Notes under the pieces: generated by a model
What the model was told of the DNA's origin: nothing
Databases searched by the model: none
Seen by the model: the letters and a program-made list of their open reading frames with translations, nothing else
Shown: piece by piece, positions 10,879-21,719 of the stretch
Position numbering within the stretch: the first letter of the stretch is position 1
Layout: each line of letters opens with the position of its first letter
Assembly (NCBI GenBank): GCA_963733675.1
Contig: CAVTET010000007.1
Location: 1 to 64,000 of the forward strand
Length of the DNA stretch: 64,000 nt
Reading direction: 5' to 3'
Origin: an uncultured Methanosarcinaceae archaeon
Lineage (GTDB): Archaea > Halobacteriota > Methanosarcinia > Methanosarcinales > Methanosarcinaceae
Position numbers and translations under genes: made by a program

Positions 10879-12852
10879 TTATTTGACATTTGCACGCTCA
10901 ACATATAGAGAATCGCTCTGAGATGATATGTTAAGCATACTAGCGGGGATTATCACCTGATAATCAGACACGTTTTCTAAATCGGTTGGTACCACCTCAA
11001 TTTGAGTATATGTTCCCATATTTTTTGCATTTATTTTTGGTGTGTGACCTGTTTTATACCCCCAAATTTCATTGATTTCTCTTTTAACACCATGGCTTTC
11101 AGGGGCATCACCTTGTGATAGCATCCACTGTTTTGGAGTGTAGAGGTATTGTGTGTTTTGGATAGTCATAAGAGGAGCACGCTGAAATGTGAAATTTTTA
11201 ACTGTCCAGACACTATTTTCCTTAGTCGCTTGCGTATAAAACACAGTCCAAACTCCGATTGTATCATGTGCTGGGATCCAGAGATTCAAGATGTTCCCAT
11301 TATCGTTAAATATACCTGCGCCACGATATAATTGAACATCTTCATGTGTCGCAGATGATGAATCCTCGACTTTTAGAAGTGGTGAGCTTTGAACTGTGAA
11401 ATTATCTGTGTAATTGTTTGCAGTAGCTAGATGCAGATTACCGGTGAATCCTTCGTTACTGTACATTGTAAGTAATGCATAAATTGTCGATTTTCCTGGA
11501 TAATTCATTGTATTCATATGCCAGGGTTGGTAGTTGCTTGATTGATCCACAGCTTGCTTATCAGCAAAATGTACACCATCAGTGGATGTGTATCTGTATA
11601 TTACATACGGTTGAGGATCGATATCAACAATCCACATGTAATACGTTCTCGTAGCTCCATCATACAATACAGCTGGTGATACACCATGACCATTGACGTT
11701 TATTTCTGGTGAAACAGTAATACCATCATACGTTTTAACTTTAGGGCTTTCTATGGTTGCATTACCAATGGCATCCCCAATTACATAGTAGCACATGAAT
11801 TTTCCGGTATTAGGATTATATACGAGATCAGGATCAGAACCATAAGGATCGGAACCATAAGGATCGGAACCATAAGGATCAGAACCATAAGCATTTGATT
11901 CATACTCAGATTCTATTTGCGTTCCGATCGGATTTTTCACTCCTGGAGGTACACGCCAAATTAGTCCATCATCAGAATAGTACAAACATGCATTTTCATA
12001 TGTACCGTTCGAATATGCATATGGTGTAATAAGCATCCACCATTTATGACCAAATACGCCAGTCTCATTGAAATAGATCGATGGATGATTGAACTGATTA
12101 TACCCGTATGGATCAGGTATAGATAAAGGAAGACGATTTTGAGTTACATTTAGCATACACATGTTTGCATTACCAGAAGTATCATAACCATATGCCACTG
12201 TATGCGAAATATTCTCTTTGATATAATCACTTAACATGATTCCAGGCGTTGGCATCCCAACATCAGAACTGTTTGAGTTTGCCCAAATCATTGAATTATA
12301 AATTCCCTGACTTTGGAATGACCCACCACCATTGGCGAATCTTGTATGCCACCAATCTGCTCCTCTGAGCCCACCTACGGGTGCACCAGAACCAAAAGAA
12401 ACATCCGAAAACGTACCAACGTCATGAGTACCTCCTGCTAATGTTTCATTAACCGCCAGTTCAATGCCGTTAGTGAATGGTTTATTCAGCACAACATTCG
12501 CAGAAGATGTGTTACCAGAGCCTGACAACACAAGATGTCCATTCTGGACGCTTATTGTTGCATTATTACTTCCTTCTTTATAAGCTGTCCATTTTGATTT
12601 ATTTAAGCTGCCTGAGCTGAAGTTATCGTATTCCCACATGACCTTATCTCCATTGGGAGAATATCCAGAGGTATTGTACATATTGAAGTATTGTGCGTTG
12701 CCATTCATGTTGACGTTGAGCCACAAATTATGCTGAGGATCAATGTAATATGGTTGTGCAGCAGATTTCAAAGTCGAAGATGCTGCAAGTGTAATTGCCG
12801 ACAATAAAACCATGCTGATTAATACAAAGAAGATTTTGTATTTAATTTCCAT
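10879..12852 (-). CDS. Secreted/surface protein with a glycosidase-like beta-propeller and a DUF2341-like shell
   Basis: Signal peptide; HPSI, YSDDG..W, SDPDLVY, YTSTDG..F (Asp-box-like), PWH motifs. Confidence 0.7.
   Translation of the reverse strand: MEIKYKIFFVLISMVLLSAITLAASSTLKSAAQPYYIDPQHNLWLNVNMNGNAQYFNMYNTSGYSPNGDKVMWEYDNFSSGSLNKSKWTAYKEGSNNATISVQNGHLVLSGSGNTSSANVVLNKPFTNGIELAVNETLAGGTHDVGTFSDVSFGSGAPVGGLRGADWWHTRFANGGGSFQSQGIYNSMIWANSNSSDVGMPTPGIMLSDYIKENISHTVAYGYDTSGNANMCMLNVTQNRLPLSIPDPYGYNQFNHPSIYFNETGVFGHKWWMLITPYAYSNGTYENACLYYSDDGLIWRVPPGVKNPIGTQIESEYESNAYGSDPYGSDPYGSDPYGSDPDLVYNPNTGKFMCYYVIGDAIGNATIESPKVKTYDGITVSPEINVNGHGVSPAVLYDGATRTYYMWIVDIDPQPYVIYRYTSTDGVHFADKQAVDQSSNYQPWHMNTMNYPGKSTIYALLTMYSNEGFTGNLHLATANNYTDNFTVQSSPLLKVEDSSSATHEDVQLYRGAGIFNDNGNILNLWIPAHDTIGVWTVFYTQATKENSVWTVKNFTFQRAPLMTIQNTQYLYTPKQWMLSQGDAPESHGVKREINEIWGYKTGHTPKINAKNMGTYTQIEVVPTDLENVSDYQVIIPASMLNISSQSDSLYVERANVK
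11831..11890 (-). repeat. 15-bp in-frame tandem repeat x4 (YGSDP)
   Basis: GGATC(A/G)GAACCATAA x4. Confidence 0.95.
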
Positions 12853-13055
12853 AATATCCGATCTTGTAAGTATTATTTTGATAGTTTTACTGAGTGATAG
12901 GCTCAGTTACAAAATTGAGTGTTTTTTTAAGTTCATATATGACATTGGATTCTGAAAGCCCGCTGAATAGTATATATATTGACATATCTTTTTCCCATGA
13001 GTGCTTAAATAATATCCAGTTAAAAAAATAAAATCTATGTTCCAAAATGACTAAT

Positions 13056-13309
13056 TAGGAATTATGCAGTTGAACTGAAAAATCAATAGCATCAATTCAT
13101 TAATGATATAAGATCTAAATTTAATCCACAACGTCTGCTGTATTTGGTTATATCCTTTAGCTGAGTAAGTATTAACAGGATCATCAATCGTGGGACTGAC
13201 AAACTCGAAGAACAAAATCAAATGCAATGGGCTGTATTATTTCATTGTGAATGTTATATAGTTGAAAATTTAATGTTATTGATTCTTCAGTTCAATTGCA
13301 TAAGTTCTA
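13056..13309. mobile_element. 254 bp MITE with ~33 bp terminal inverted repeats
   Basis: TAGGAATTATGCAGTTGAACTGAAAAATCAATA ... TATTGATTCTTCAGTTCAATTGCATAAGTTCTA. Confidence 0.75.
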
Positions 13310-13337
13310 GAATACTTTTATAATACCATATTGATAA

Positions 13338-13365
13338 GTGTTACATATATATCTTTTTATATTAC
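13338..13365. promoter_or_regulatory. Candidate NikR operator in a duplicated nikM-type promoter
   Basis: GTGTTA-N16-TATTAC inside a ~250 bp block homologous to 8270-8500 and 24118-24350. Confidence 0.55.
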
Positions 13366-13698
13366 GTTGTTGGATAAATTTTAATTTTATTATTAAGTAT
13401 TCCATTTTACAGAGGTTCTGGAACGCTTTATATTTGGAGTCAAATTATGAATTATAACGACAAGTGTGTTCATAAAGACTAAATAGAGGCTTGTACAGAT
13501 CCTGGAAATAAATATCTACAATGATAGAATTACAAAGAAAGGATCAATGATAGCAACGTAGATTCTAAAATGGCTTGGTACATATTTGGAACTATTCCAA
13601 GCCATGAATCAAGCTGATTTTCTTAAGAAAAAATATTAAAATTGCCGATTTCACAATTAAGATATTTTATAAGATTTAGATAGAAAATATTGTCGCTG

Positions 13699-14736
13699 TC
13701 ATAGTACTAGTTTCCACTTGTACATTTTTTTGTTTTGGGCGATTGCAACTCCTGCAGGTCTCTTTTCTATAGGCACCGTGGCTTTAACAGTATTAGTACC
13801 CGTATCAATTACAGAAATATCGCTGCTCCCCAAGTTCGTTACATATAACTTTTTTCCATTTGGATCCACTGCAACTCCAAGAGGATAGGTTCCTACCTTC
13901 ATCGTGGATGTAACCTTGTTTGTTGCAGTGTCAATTACAGAGACATTTTGGCTGAAGAAGTTAGTCACAAATATCTTTGTTCCATCTGGATCAACTGCAA
14001 TTCCTTCAGGGTCATTCCCTACCTCAATAGTGGCTATAACTTCGTTTGTGTTTGCATCAATTACAGAAACAGTTCCTGGAACGTTGTGGCTGCCTGAATT
14101 CACCACATATACTTCTTTTCCACTAGGGATGACTACGACTCCCGAGGGTTTTTGTCCTACATTTACAGTAGCTGTAATTTCATTTGTGCTTGTGTCAATT
14201 ATAGATACATTGTTGCTACCATAGTTTACCACATATACCTTTGTTCCTGCTGGGTTGACTGAAACCCCACGAGGCCCTATTCCTACATTCACAGTAGCTG
14301 TAACCTTGTTTGTGTTTGTATCAATCACAGATAAAGTTTTGTCGCCGCTGTTCGCTACGTATACCCTTTTTTCATCAGGAGTGACTGCAATTCCTCTTGG
14401 ATGGGCTCCTACAGGCACATTGGCTATAATTCTGTTTGTAGATGTGCTAATTACAGAGACGATGTTGTCGATGGGGTCTGTCAAATATACCTTTGTTCCG
14501 CCATGGGCGGCCGCAACTTCAAGAGAAAAATGAGAGGATTCTAAGTTTACCGTGGCTGTAACTTTGTTTGTAGCAGTGTCAATTACAGAGACAGTGTTGC
14601 TGCCAGCGTTCGTAATATATGCAAATGGTACTGCGCCTGAGATACTCACCAACATTGAAAATGCTATCACTGATGTTACTAAAATTTTTAGGAGTGTATA
14701 TCTTTTGTGTATTTTATTCCATATAATTTTATTCAT
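13699..14736 (-). CDS. YVTN/YncE beta-propeller surface protein
   Basis: Signal peptide plus seven YV(T/A/V)N..S.TVSVIDT.TN.V.ATV.VG-type repeats. Confidence 0.92.
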   Translation of the reverse strand: MNKIIWNKIHKRYTLLKILVTSVIAFSMLVSISGAVPFAYITNAGSNTVSVIDTATNKVTATVNLESSHFSLEVAAAHGGTKVYLTDPIDNIVSVISTSTNRIIANVPVGAHPRGIAVTPDEKRVYVANSGDKTLSVIDTNTNKVTATVNVGIGPRGVSVNPAGTKVYVVNYGSNNVSIIDTSTNEITATVNVGQKPSGVVVIPSGKEVYVVNSGSHNVPGTVSVIDANTNEVIATIEVGNDPEGIAVDPDGTKIFVTNFFSQNVSVIDTATNKVTSTMKVGTYPLGVAVDPNGKKLYVTNLGSSDISVIDTGTNTVKATVPIEKRPAGVAIAQNKKMYKWKLVL

Positions 14737-15471
14737 TTTAAGCCTCAGGATATGAATTTCTATTGAGTAAGGTAAAAATTGACCGTAAAAAGGTGTGTCA
14801 TTGTGTACTTGCAGCTGAAATTCTCTACGGGCCTATTTTTTACAAATGGGAAATAACCAGTGCTGAAAGGTCAAGTAACAAATTTAGGATGCTTTTTTGT
14901 TTCTGCGTTTGTTCGCATAGAACATATATATGGTAAAATTATATTTTATATTTTTTGTAACATTTGTCATATTTAATATTACTATTCTTTAAAGTTATGC
15001 TATCTATCAAAAATAAATACAACATTTGAGGGCAGATGTTGTAATTTTTGAAAAGACTAGTGGTGAAGAACCACAGTTATTATAGATTTTTATATCTTTG
15101 ATGTGGCCATTTTTTTACTGGATAATTATTCACAACTCACATAAAACAACGAAGAACCCTATTTTCTTAATTGATAGATAGATAAAAATTTTGATAAATC
15201 TATGAGCTTCACGAATCATTTTATGTACCATTTTATAATCCTATGACGGAATGTAGGAGCTTATTGGAATCCTTTTAAGCATTTTTTTGAGATTCTTTTG
15301 ATTTGTATAAATGGTTTTTGGAATGAGTAGATTTGGAAATATTGGTAATATAAGAAGATTTTTATATCCTATTGCTCACATGGCTCTTAAATCTGAGAAT
15401 CAACTCAAGGAGTTCTAGATACGCTTATAAGTTTCATTTCATCAAGTTCAGTCCCTTCAGGTGCGCTACCA

Positions 15472-15669
15472 ATGATATCCACACCAGGGATTCCTGAGGG
15501 GGCTCCGGTGGTTACATTAACTTTGCTTTTGCTGCTTTTGCTCAGAGATCTCCTTCCATTGTCAAAACAGTGGGGAAATATGGTAAAAGTCTCTTTGCAT
15601 ATGGGAATTATTCCACTGTTATTTATCTTTGGTGCTAGCATTGTTTTAAAGCTCGTCGAGTTGTTTTAA
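15472..15669 (+). CDS. Small two-TM membrane protein
   Basis: 65 aa with two hydrophobic segments; AGGTG RBS. Confidence 0.5.
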   Translation: MISTPGIPEGAPVVTLTLLLLLLLRDLLPLSKQWGNMVKVSLHMGIIPLLFIFGASIVLKLVELF

Positions 15670-16665
15670 TGGCTATAATATTTTATATTTTTTAAGGATA
15701 TTTTTCAAGTGTCTGAATTTTATTGTATCCTATTTACTGAGTATTCTACTTATTTGGTTGATGTTATCCCATAATACTCTTAATGCTGTTTTCAAGTCTT
15801 TTTTGTTTCGCATTTTAGTTATATGGGAACAGACTTGTTTCAATGAATGAAAATGTAAGTTTTCGTTGCATGAAGGTTAATACTTAATAGCATATTCGAT
15901 AGGGATTATAAGCTGATCAGAAGATTAAAAACAACAACTGCATAGCTTCATGATTCGTATGTAGATTTATCCGAAAAAATGAGGTGTTGGCACAACACTG
16001 CCTCTGTAATTGACACTGCTACAAACAAAGTTACAGCCGCGGTAAATTTATAAAGGGATCGAGGATACTTTTGAGCAAAATCAAAAGGTTATAATGCAAC
16101 AATAAAAAGAGCAGTCAAAGAACATCTCCTGAAAATAAAGGATATATTAAGAAACAAGAGGACCAGCTCCAAAAAAGTTTCAGGGGAGTGAGTTTATGCA
16201 GTGACTGAAAAGATATCCAAAGCAGGAAAGGTTCTTGTAACTACTATCCAAAGAGCGAATCTGAAGATATTATGTAAAGCTTTTTATTATAATTTTTATC
16301 AATTAAGGACATTGAAAATAAAAGTAGTGCTTTAAGGATAGTGGAAGCTATCTTTAAAATCAGAGAATAATTAATACGAAAATAAAAAATCGGGTCAAAT
16401 ACGGAAATTCGCAGAAAAGATTTAAACAGGATTCTCACGAAGAAAAACAAAGGTGAATCGGAATTCTCCGAAGACTAAAATTTCTGATTTCGGTTAGAGC
16501 TTTAAAAATGGAGGATGTGTAGATTAAATAAAAAAAGAAATTTACTTTCAATACTATGAAAAATGGAAAAATGTTCTGATGACTTTAACAGTTCCCAATT
16601 CCTTTGGTCTTGGTTTTGATATTTTACCGTGTTTCTGATTTTTAAAGTCTTTCGAGGAAAATTTT

Positions 16666-17661
16666 TTATTGTATCCCGCTCTCAGAGCCCTGATTACTAT
16701 CAATCCTGTTATACAACGCTTCCAAATCTTTCTGAAGCCTGTCAATTTCCTGTTTCCAGAGCATTTTATTGGATTTCAGAGATTCGCCCAGCTTCAAAGC
16801 TGCGAGCTTTGCATAGTTTTGGGAAACTTTTTGATTGCTCCAGGAAAGGCCGAAAGCCATATCTGTTTTTTTGATACTGTATTTTTCGTGGATCAGAAAT
16901 TCATAAAGTTCAGGAACAAAATCTAGCTTTTTTTCGAAATTTGTGGAAAAGTTTGTGGTAAGATCAGCCAGATTTCGGAGACTAGACTGGACACCACAGC
17001 TTTCAGGACACCGTTTCTCCGAGTTTGCGAACTTGAGCATCTCTTTGAATTCAAGAAAAATATCAGTTTGCTCGAAACTTGATGGTAGAGTTTTTCCGAA
17101 GAAAATTAAGATATGGATGCATTCGTGAAAGAGAATTTTTGCAATCAGGAACTCGATTCTCTCCTGAAGGTTCCAGAACATTTCGACCAGTTCTTTTCCC
17201 CATAATTCATAGGGATTTATCAGGATAAGGGACCTGTAGATTATTTTGTTATTTTTTCTGGAAACGATCTTCTGTGGTTCGAAGGCTAAACCCGGCATCT
17301 TCCCAAAAAATTGTATTTGGATAGCTAGATCCCAGCAGTATTTCCATTTTATGGAACTTACACATTTTACCCTATAATATTTCCCATCAAAGTGCACTTT
17401 TTTTATTAACTGGTATAGATCATCACTTTGTTCTTTAATCAGAATTTTTATCATGGTCTCTCGATAAATGTTAAAGTCAAGATGAAGAAACCATGGATAA
17501 GAAACTGAGCAGTTTGGATCAGGATAAGAAACAGGGAAGAAGAATTTAGAAATAGGGGGAGTTGGTAATGATGCCGGGGATAACTTTCCCTGTTTCACAT
17601 ATATCTGCAAATTGTGATTCTGTTCCAGCAAAGCCTTTTTTGTTCTAATGTCTTGCATCAA
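16666..17661 (-). CDS. Hypothetical protein with HExxH zincin-like motif
   Basis: ILFHECIHI plus a downstream HEKY. Confidence 0.55.
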   Translation of the reverse strand: MMQDIRTKKALLEQNHNLQIYVKQGKLSPASLPTPPISKFFFPVSYPDPNCSVSYPWFLHLDFNIYRETMIKILIKEQSDDLYQLIKKVHFDGKYYRVKCVSSIKWKYCWDLAIQIQFFGKMPGLAFEPQKIVSRKNNKIIYRSLILINPYELWGKELVEMFWNLQERIEFLIAKILFHECIHILIFFGKTLPSSFEQTDIFLEFKEMLKFANSEKRCPESCGVQSSLRNLADLTTNFSTNFEKKLDFVPELYEFLIHEKYSIKKTDMAFGLSWSNQKVSQNYAKLAALKLGESLKSNKMLWKQEIDRLQKDLEALYNRIDSNQGSESGIQ

Positions 17662-18556
17662 GAATCCATCCTTTAAAATTCATCGTATTTTCTTATATTA
17701 TGGAGGTTAGTAGTACTAAATTTTATTTTTGTATCTATTTATGATAAAATAATATTGTAAATAGATACTTATTCATACAAATATAAAAATTAGTGTTAAC
17801 AGCTTTGATGGTAAAAAGGAACTTAAATTTTTTGAAAAATAGTAAATAAATGCAAATAATTAGTGTGAGAACTAGAATCTAGTACATTTGTTCAACTAAA
17901 ATCACAAGAATTTCTCGGCGGCTTCCTTCAATTACGTTTTTTTCAGAAAAATATTTCCCCATACTTTTTTGCAGTTATTGTAACATATTTTGTTCTCTTT
18001 AATCATACAAACTGCTATCCTTTTTTTACAATTTTCTGAACTCAAAAGCAAAAAACTCATACGTTAATTCCCAAACTGGCTTTTTACAGACGTTTTTGAA
18101 ATATTCATCTTTTTCAGAACATCAATCAGTTACCTCTTTGAATACATTAAAGCTATATTTTGGTATTATTTATATGAAATTATTTATCAGTTTTGTGTGT
18201 AATAAATATCAAATAGGAAATAATTTATCTTAAAAAAACTAACATTAATATGAATCAAAAGCTAAGAAAATACTGTTTAGCAAGGAAAGGAACAAAACAT
18301 GCCTAAGGAAGCTGCGAAAACAAAAATTTTTGGCTTAAAAAATACGCGCATACAAAGCTTGAAAATAAAATGTATAACGCCAAAACCATTCACCATAAAG
18401 AATTTGCGCTAAAGGAAGCTGCCTTCTATAGAGTCAAATCATAACAATGCACGAAAATTGATCCTAAATTCACATCAAATTTGCAATGTTGCCAAAAAGG
18501 GCTCTACAACTCTAACCTTTGGAAAATAGTGAGCTTACCCACCCAAAAGAAAAAAT

Positions 18557-19414
18557 TTGATACAAAAACATTCTGAAAATCAAACTAAGAGAGCAGGAAA
18601 AAGTTTTGCAAAAAAAGGGTCGGTAATACCTCTCTTTTTTGGATTTTTTGGAGGAATTTGCATAGACTGCAAGAAAGTTATTGCCAACTACTGGAATATA
18701 AGGTCTTCAACATACACAAATGGGATAAATGGTTTTGATGAAGAAGAACGCCGTGTCTGGAAACAAATATTTGAAAATTCTCTGCCTGCCAATGAGCGTT
18801 TGAAAATATTGGACGTCGGGACAGGTGCTGGTTTTCTTTCCCTTCTTTTTGCTGAGATGGGACATGAGGTAACAGGTATAGATCTTTCTGCAGGCATGCT
18901 CGAGAAAGCAAAGCATAATGCAGAAAACATGGGGCTCAAAATTGATTTTTTTCATGGTGATGCGGAAAATCTTTCATTCGAAGACAGTTCTTTCGACCTG
19001 GTTGTAAGCAAATTCTTGCTCTGGACTCTCCCAAAACCTTCTTGTGCGGTTAGGGAATGGAAGAGAGTCCTTAAACCGAACGGCAGGGTTTTTGCCATAG
19101 ATGGAGATTGGTTTGATCCCAGACCAAATAGACGAATAAAAAGAAAGATTTCTGAGTGGACAGGAAGACTTGTGAAAAAGAACCATAATTCGTTGGTTTT
19201 CAAAAATTATTATGGATCAATCCGAGATTTTTTGCCTCTCTATGAGGAAATAAGTCCGGAAAATGGTTCATTTCTTTTTTCACAAAACGGACTTGTAAAT
19301 ACTGCAGTCGATCCTCTTCTGGAGGTACAAAAATTTAAAAAAAATAGACAATCATTCACGCAGAGGTTTCTTGGGAACAACTCTATTTTTCTGATATCGG
19401 GTGAAAAAGGGTAA
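18557..19414 (+). CDS. Class I SAM-dependent methyltransferase
   Basis: ILDVGTGAG, GIDLS, GDAENL, RVLKPNG; the true start is probably near 18662. Confidence 0.88.
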   Translation: MIQKHSENQTKRAGKSFAKKGSVIPLFFGFFGGICIDCKKVIANYWNIRSSTYTNGINGFDEEERRVWKQIFENSLPANERLKILDVGTGAGFLSLLFAEMGHEVTGIDLSAGMLEKAKHNAENMGLKIDFFHGDAENLSFEDSSFDLVVSKFLLWTLPKPSCAVREWKRVLKPNGRVFAIDGDWFDPRPNRRIKRKISEWTGRLVKKNHNSLVFKNYYGSIRDFLPLYEEISPENGSFLFSQNGLVNTAVDPLLEVQKFKKNRQSFTQRFLGNNSIFLISGEKG

Positions 19415-19684
19415 GAATAAATTCATTTAGTACTGATATTTTTTGGGTTGGATCCTCCCTGAAAATGCCGTAACATGCCTTAATTTTCGCTGTTAACAAT
19501 GTCTTTTTTCCATTTTCGCACCTTTTTGAAATTTATTGCTAAGCCTTCTTAAGTTTGTTATTATATTTTTGATTTGTCAGATACGAATATTTTATTTATA
19601 CATACTTTTCTATAAAACTCACAAACTTTAAATATGGATTCTCTACAAAAAAGAATTATTGAAACTAGGCTATTATAAATCCAA

Positions 19685-19820
19685 CATTTTGCAGATGTAC
19701 ACGGATGTATAATTTGTTTGCCTCGTTGGCCACTGTTATTCGTTAAAAGTTAGATTAAATTTTAAGCTACTGCCATATTGAGTAAATAGATAGCATTTTT
19801 GTGTACATCTACGGAAAATG
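19685..19820 (+). promoter_or_regulatory. Long imperfect hairpin in the leader of the NAS operon
   Basis: AGATGTACAC/GTGTACATCT outer stem plus an inner stem with G-U pairs. Confidence 0.45.
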
Positions 19821-19874
19821 AAATGAACATAATATGAATTATATTTAACTGTGAGGAGTAGGGGATCGAACGGT

Positions 19875-20750
19875 ATGAGCATTGTACAGATAACTGAAAA
19901 TATTAATTTCCCAGCCTTATTTCAAGCTTCAGAGAAGCAACTGCAACTATATGATATAAGATCCCAGTTGTTACTTTTTTGCAGTAAAATCACAGAGTTT
20001 GATTTGACCAAAATGACAGATTCAAATCTGGCTGGACTTTATAAGATTTTTACAGAATTGGACGAACTAGGAAAGTTGAATGTTGATAACGAAATGTGTG
20101 AGTGTATTCTTCAAGATCCAGTGATTCAGTCTTTACTTCCTACAATCCATTCCAGCTACAGCAGCTTTTTCAGCTTGCATGAGACTCATCTTGCACAAAA
20201 AATACTGAACTATGAGAATCCCTGGGAAATGTTGCAATCGTTTCCCCTGTATCCTAAATACGAAAATCTGATCCGTGTCCATTTTCATAATTCCCCCAAA
20301 ATTGAAGTGTTGGCTTTTGTAGGTTGTGGTCCCATTCCTGTTACTCTGTTACTTTTCAGTAAATTATATGGCATCCCCTGCATTGGTATAGATCAGGATC
20401 CAGCAGCAGTAGCACTGGCAAAAATGTGTGTGAAGCACTTTGGCCTCGAAAAAGAAATCAGTATTATTTGCGGGGATGAAACATCACTTTCAAAAGTTGA
20501 ATGGAATTCTGTACTCATAGCAGGACTTGCTGAACCAAAACTACGAATTTTCCAGAACCTCCATAAAATAATTAAAAGAAAATCCGAGCCGATAAAATCA
20601 ATTTCTGTATGCTATCGTAACTATACCGGCATGAGACAGTTGCTCTACTGGCCTGTTCAGCCGAAGTGTACCGGAGGGTTTCGGAAAATAAATGAAATCG
20701 ATCCCACAGGTGGAGCAAACAACACTCTAGTCTTCCTGGAGTGTGAATAA
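19875..20750 (+). CDS. Nicotianamine synthase family protein 1
   Basis: FPLYPKYENL, FVGCGPIPVT and NNTLVF motifs. Confidence 0.82.
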   Translation: MSIVQITENINFPALFQASEKQLQLYDIRSQLLLFCSKITEFDLTKMTDSNLAGLYKIFTELDELGKLNVDNEMCECILQDPVIQSLLPTIHSSYSSFFSLHETHLAQKILNYENPWEMLQSFPLYPKYENLIRVHFHNSPKIEVLAFVGCGPIPVTLLLFSKLYGIPCIGIDQDPAAVALAKMCVKHFGLEKEISIICGDETSLSKVEWNSVLIAGLAEPKLRIFQNLHKIIKRKSEPIKSISVCYRNYTGMRQLLYWPVQPKCTGGFRKINEIDPTGGANNTLVFLECE

Positions 20751-21564
20751 TATCTTACAAGTCGAAGCTTCGTACTTAATTTCAGAACTTCGACAGATTC
20801 ATGCTCTGATAAAGGATATTGAAGAGGAAGAAGTTTTGGAGAGCTCCTCGGTAGAACTGCAGGTAGCTTTTAAGAGGCTGGATGAACTAGCTGCCCTTGA
20901 ACTAGATGAGGAATCTACAGACAGGATCATCAAAAGCCTGGAGCTTGAACCTTTGCTTATTTTTATTTCTAACTTTCGGTTCTCCTACAATTTGAAACTT
21001 GAAATCGAAAAAGCAAACAGCATCCTTGAAAGCCAGGATCCGTGGGAAACCCTCAAGAATTTTACATTTTATCCAAATTACCTGCAGCTCGCTAGGACTG
21101 AATATATAGGTTCCAACCTAAAAACAGGAGACTGCATTGTGTTTCTTGGCAGTGGTCCTCTACCCCTAAGTTTGATCATGCTCTGTCACGAGCATGGTGT
21201 TCGAGGAATTGGAATTGAGCAGGATGGACAAAGAGCAAGTATCTCACGGAAAGTAATTTCCCAACTCAAGCTTTCAGAAAAAATTAGAATAATTGAAGGA
21301 AATCACATCTGTCTTCCTCTCAAGGATAGATGCGAACTTTACATGATTGCTGTCCAAGCCGAACCCAAAAAAGAGATATTTGAGCACCTAGCAAAAGTTC
21401 TGCCCAAAGGAAGTAAAGTCTCCTATCGTCTATATGGAAAAGGCCTTAGAAGAATACTGGACGGCGGCATTTTCTTCGAACTGCCTGCAGAATTTGAAGA
21501 ATACCTTAGAGTTCAGCCAGAACCTCCAGTTAATAATACGGTTGTGTTTTTAGAAAAAAATTAG
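20743..21564 (+). CDS. Nicotianamine synthase family protein 2
   Basis: FTFYPNYLQL, FLGSGPLPLS, YR.YGKGLR and PPVNNTVVF motifs; overlaps the NAS1 stop. Confidence 0.88.
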   Translation: MNNILQVEASYLISELRQIHALIKDIEEEEVLESSSVELQVAFKRLDELAALELDEESTDRIIKSLELEPLLIFISNFRFSYNLKLEIEKANSILESQDPWETLKNFTFYPNYLQLARTEYIGSNLKTGDCIVFLGSGPLPLSLIMLCHEHGVRGIGIEQDGQRASISRKVISQLKLSEKIRIIEGNHICLPLKDRCELYMIAVQAEPKKEIFEHLAKVLPKGSKVSYRLYGKGLRRILDGGIFFELPAEFEEYLRVQPEPPVNNTVVFLEKN

Positions 21565-21719
21565 TAATTCAGTAGCCTCTATTTACCTTTTAGTTTTGCT
21601 GGGCATTTATTCCCCTCCTCTTGTCAATAACAGCTAAAATCGAGCAGTTGATAGGTCGCACGACAACTTGCAGCATCTAGATTTTTGTAATTTTGGATAT
21701 TGCCCGGTCAGTTACAACC

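Noticed and set aside
13904-14755. Plus-strand ORFs over the YVTN gene
   Set aside because: Antisense shadows of a repetitive protein.
15990-16050. YVTN-like coding snippet
   Set aside because: Only a ~60 bp relic copy of 14545-14600; no ORF.
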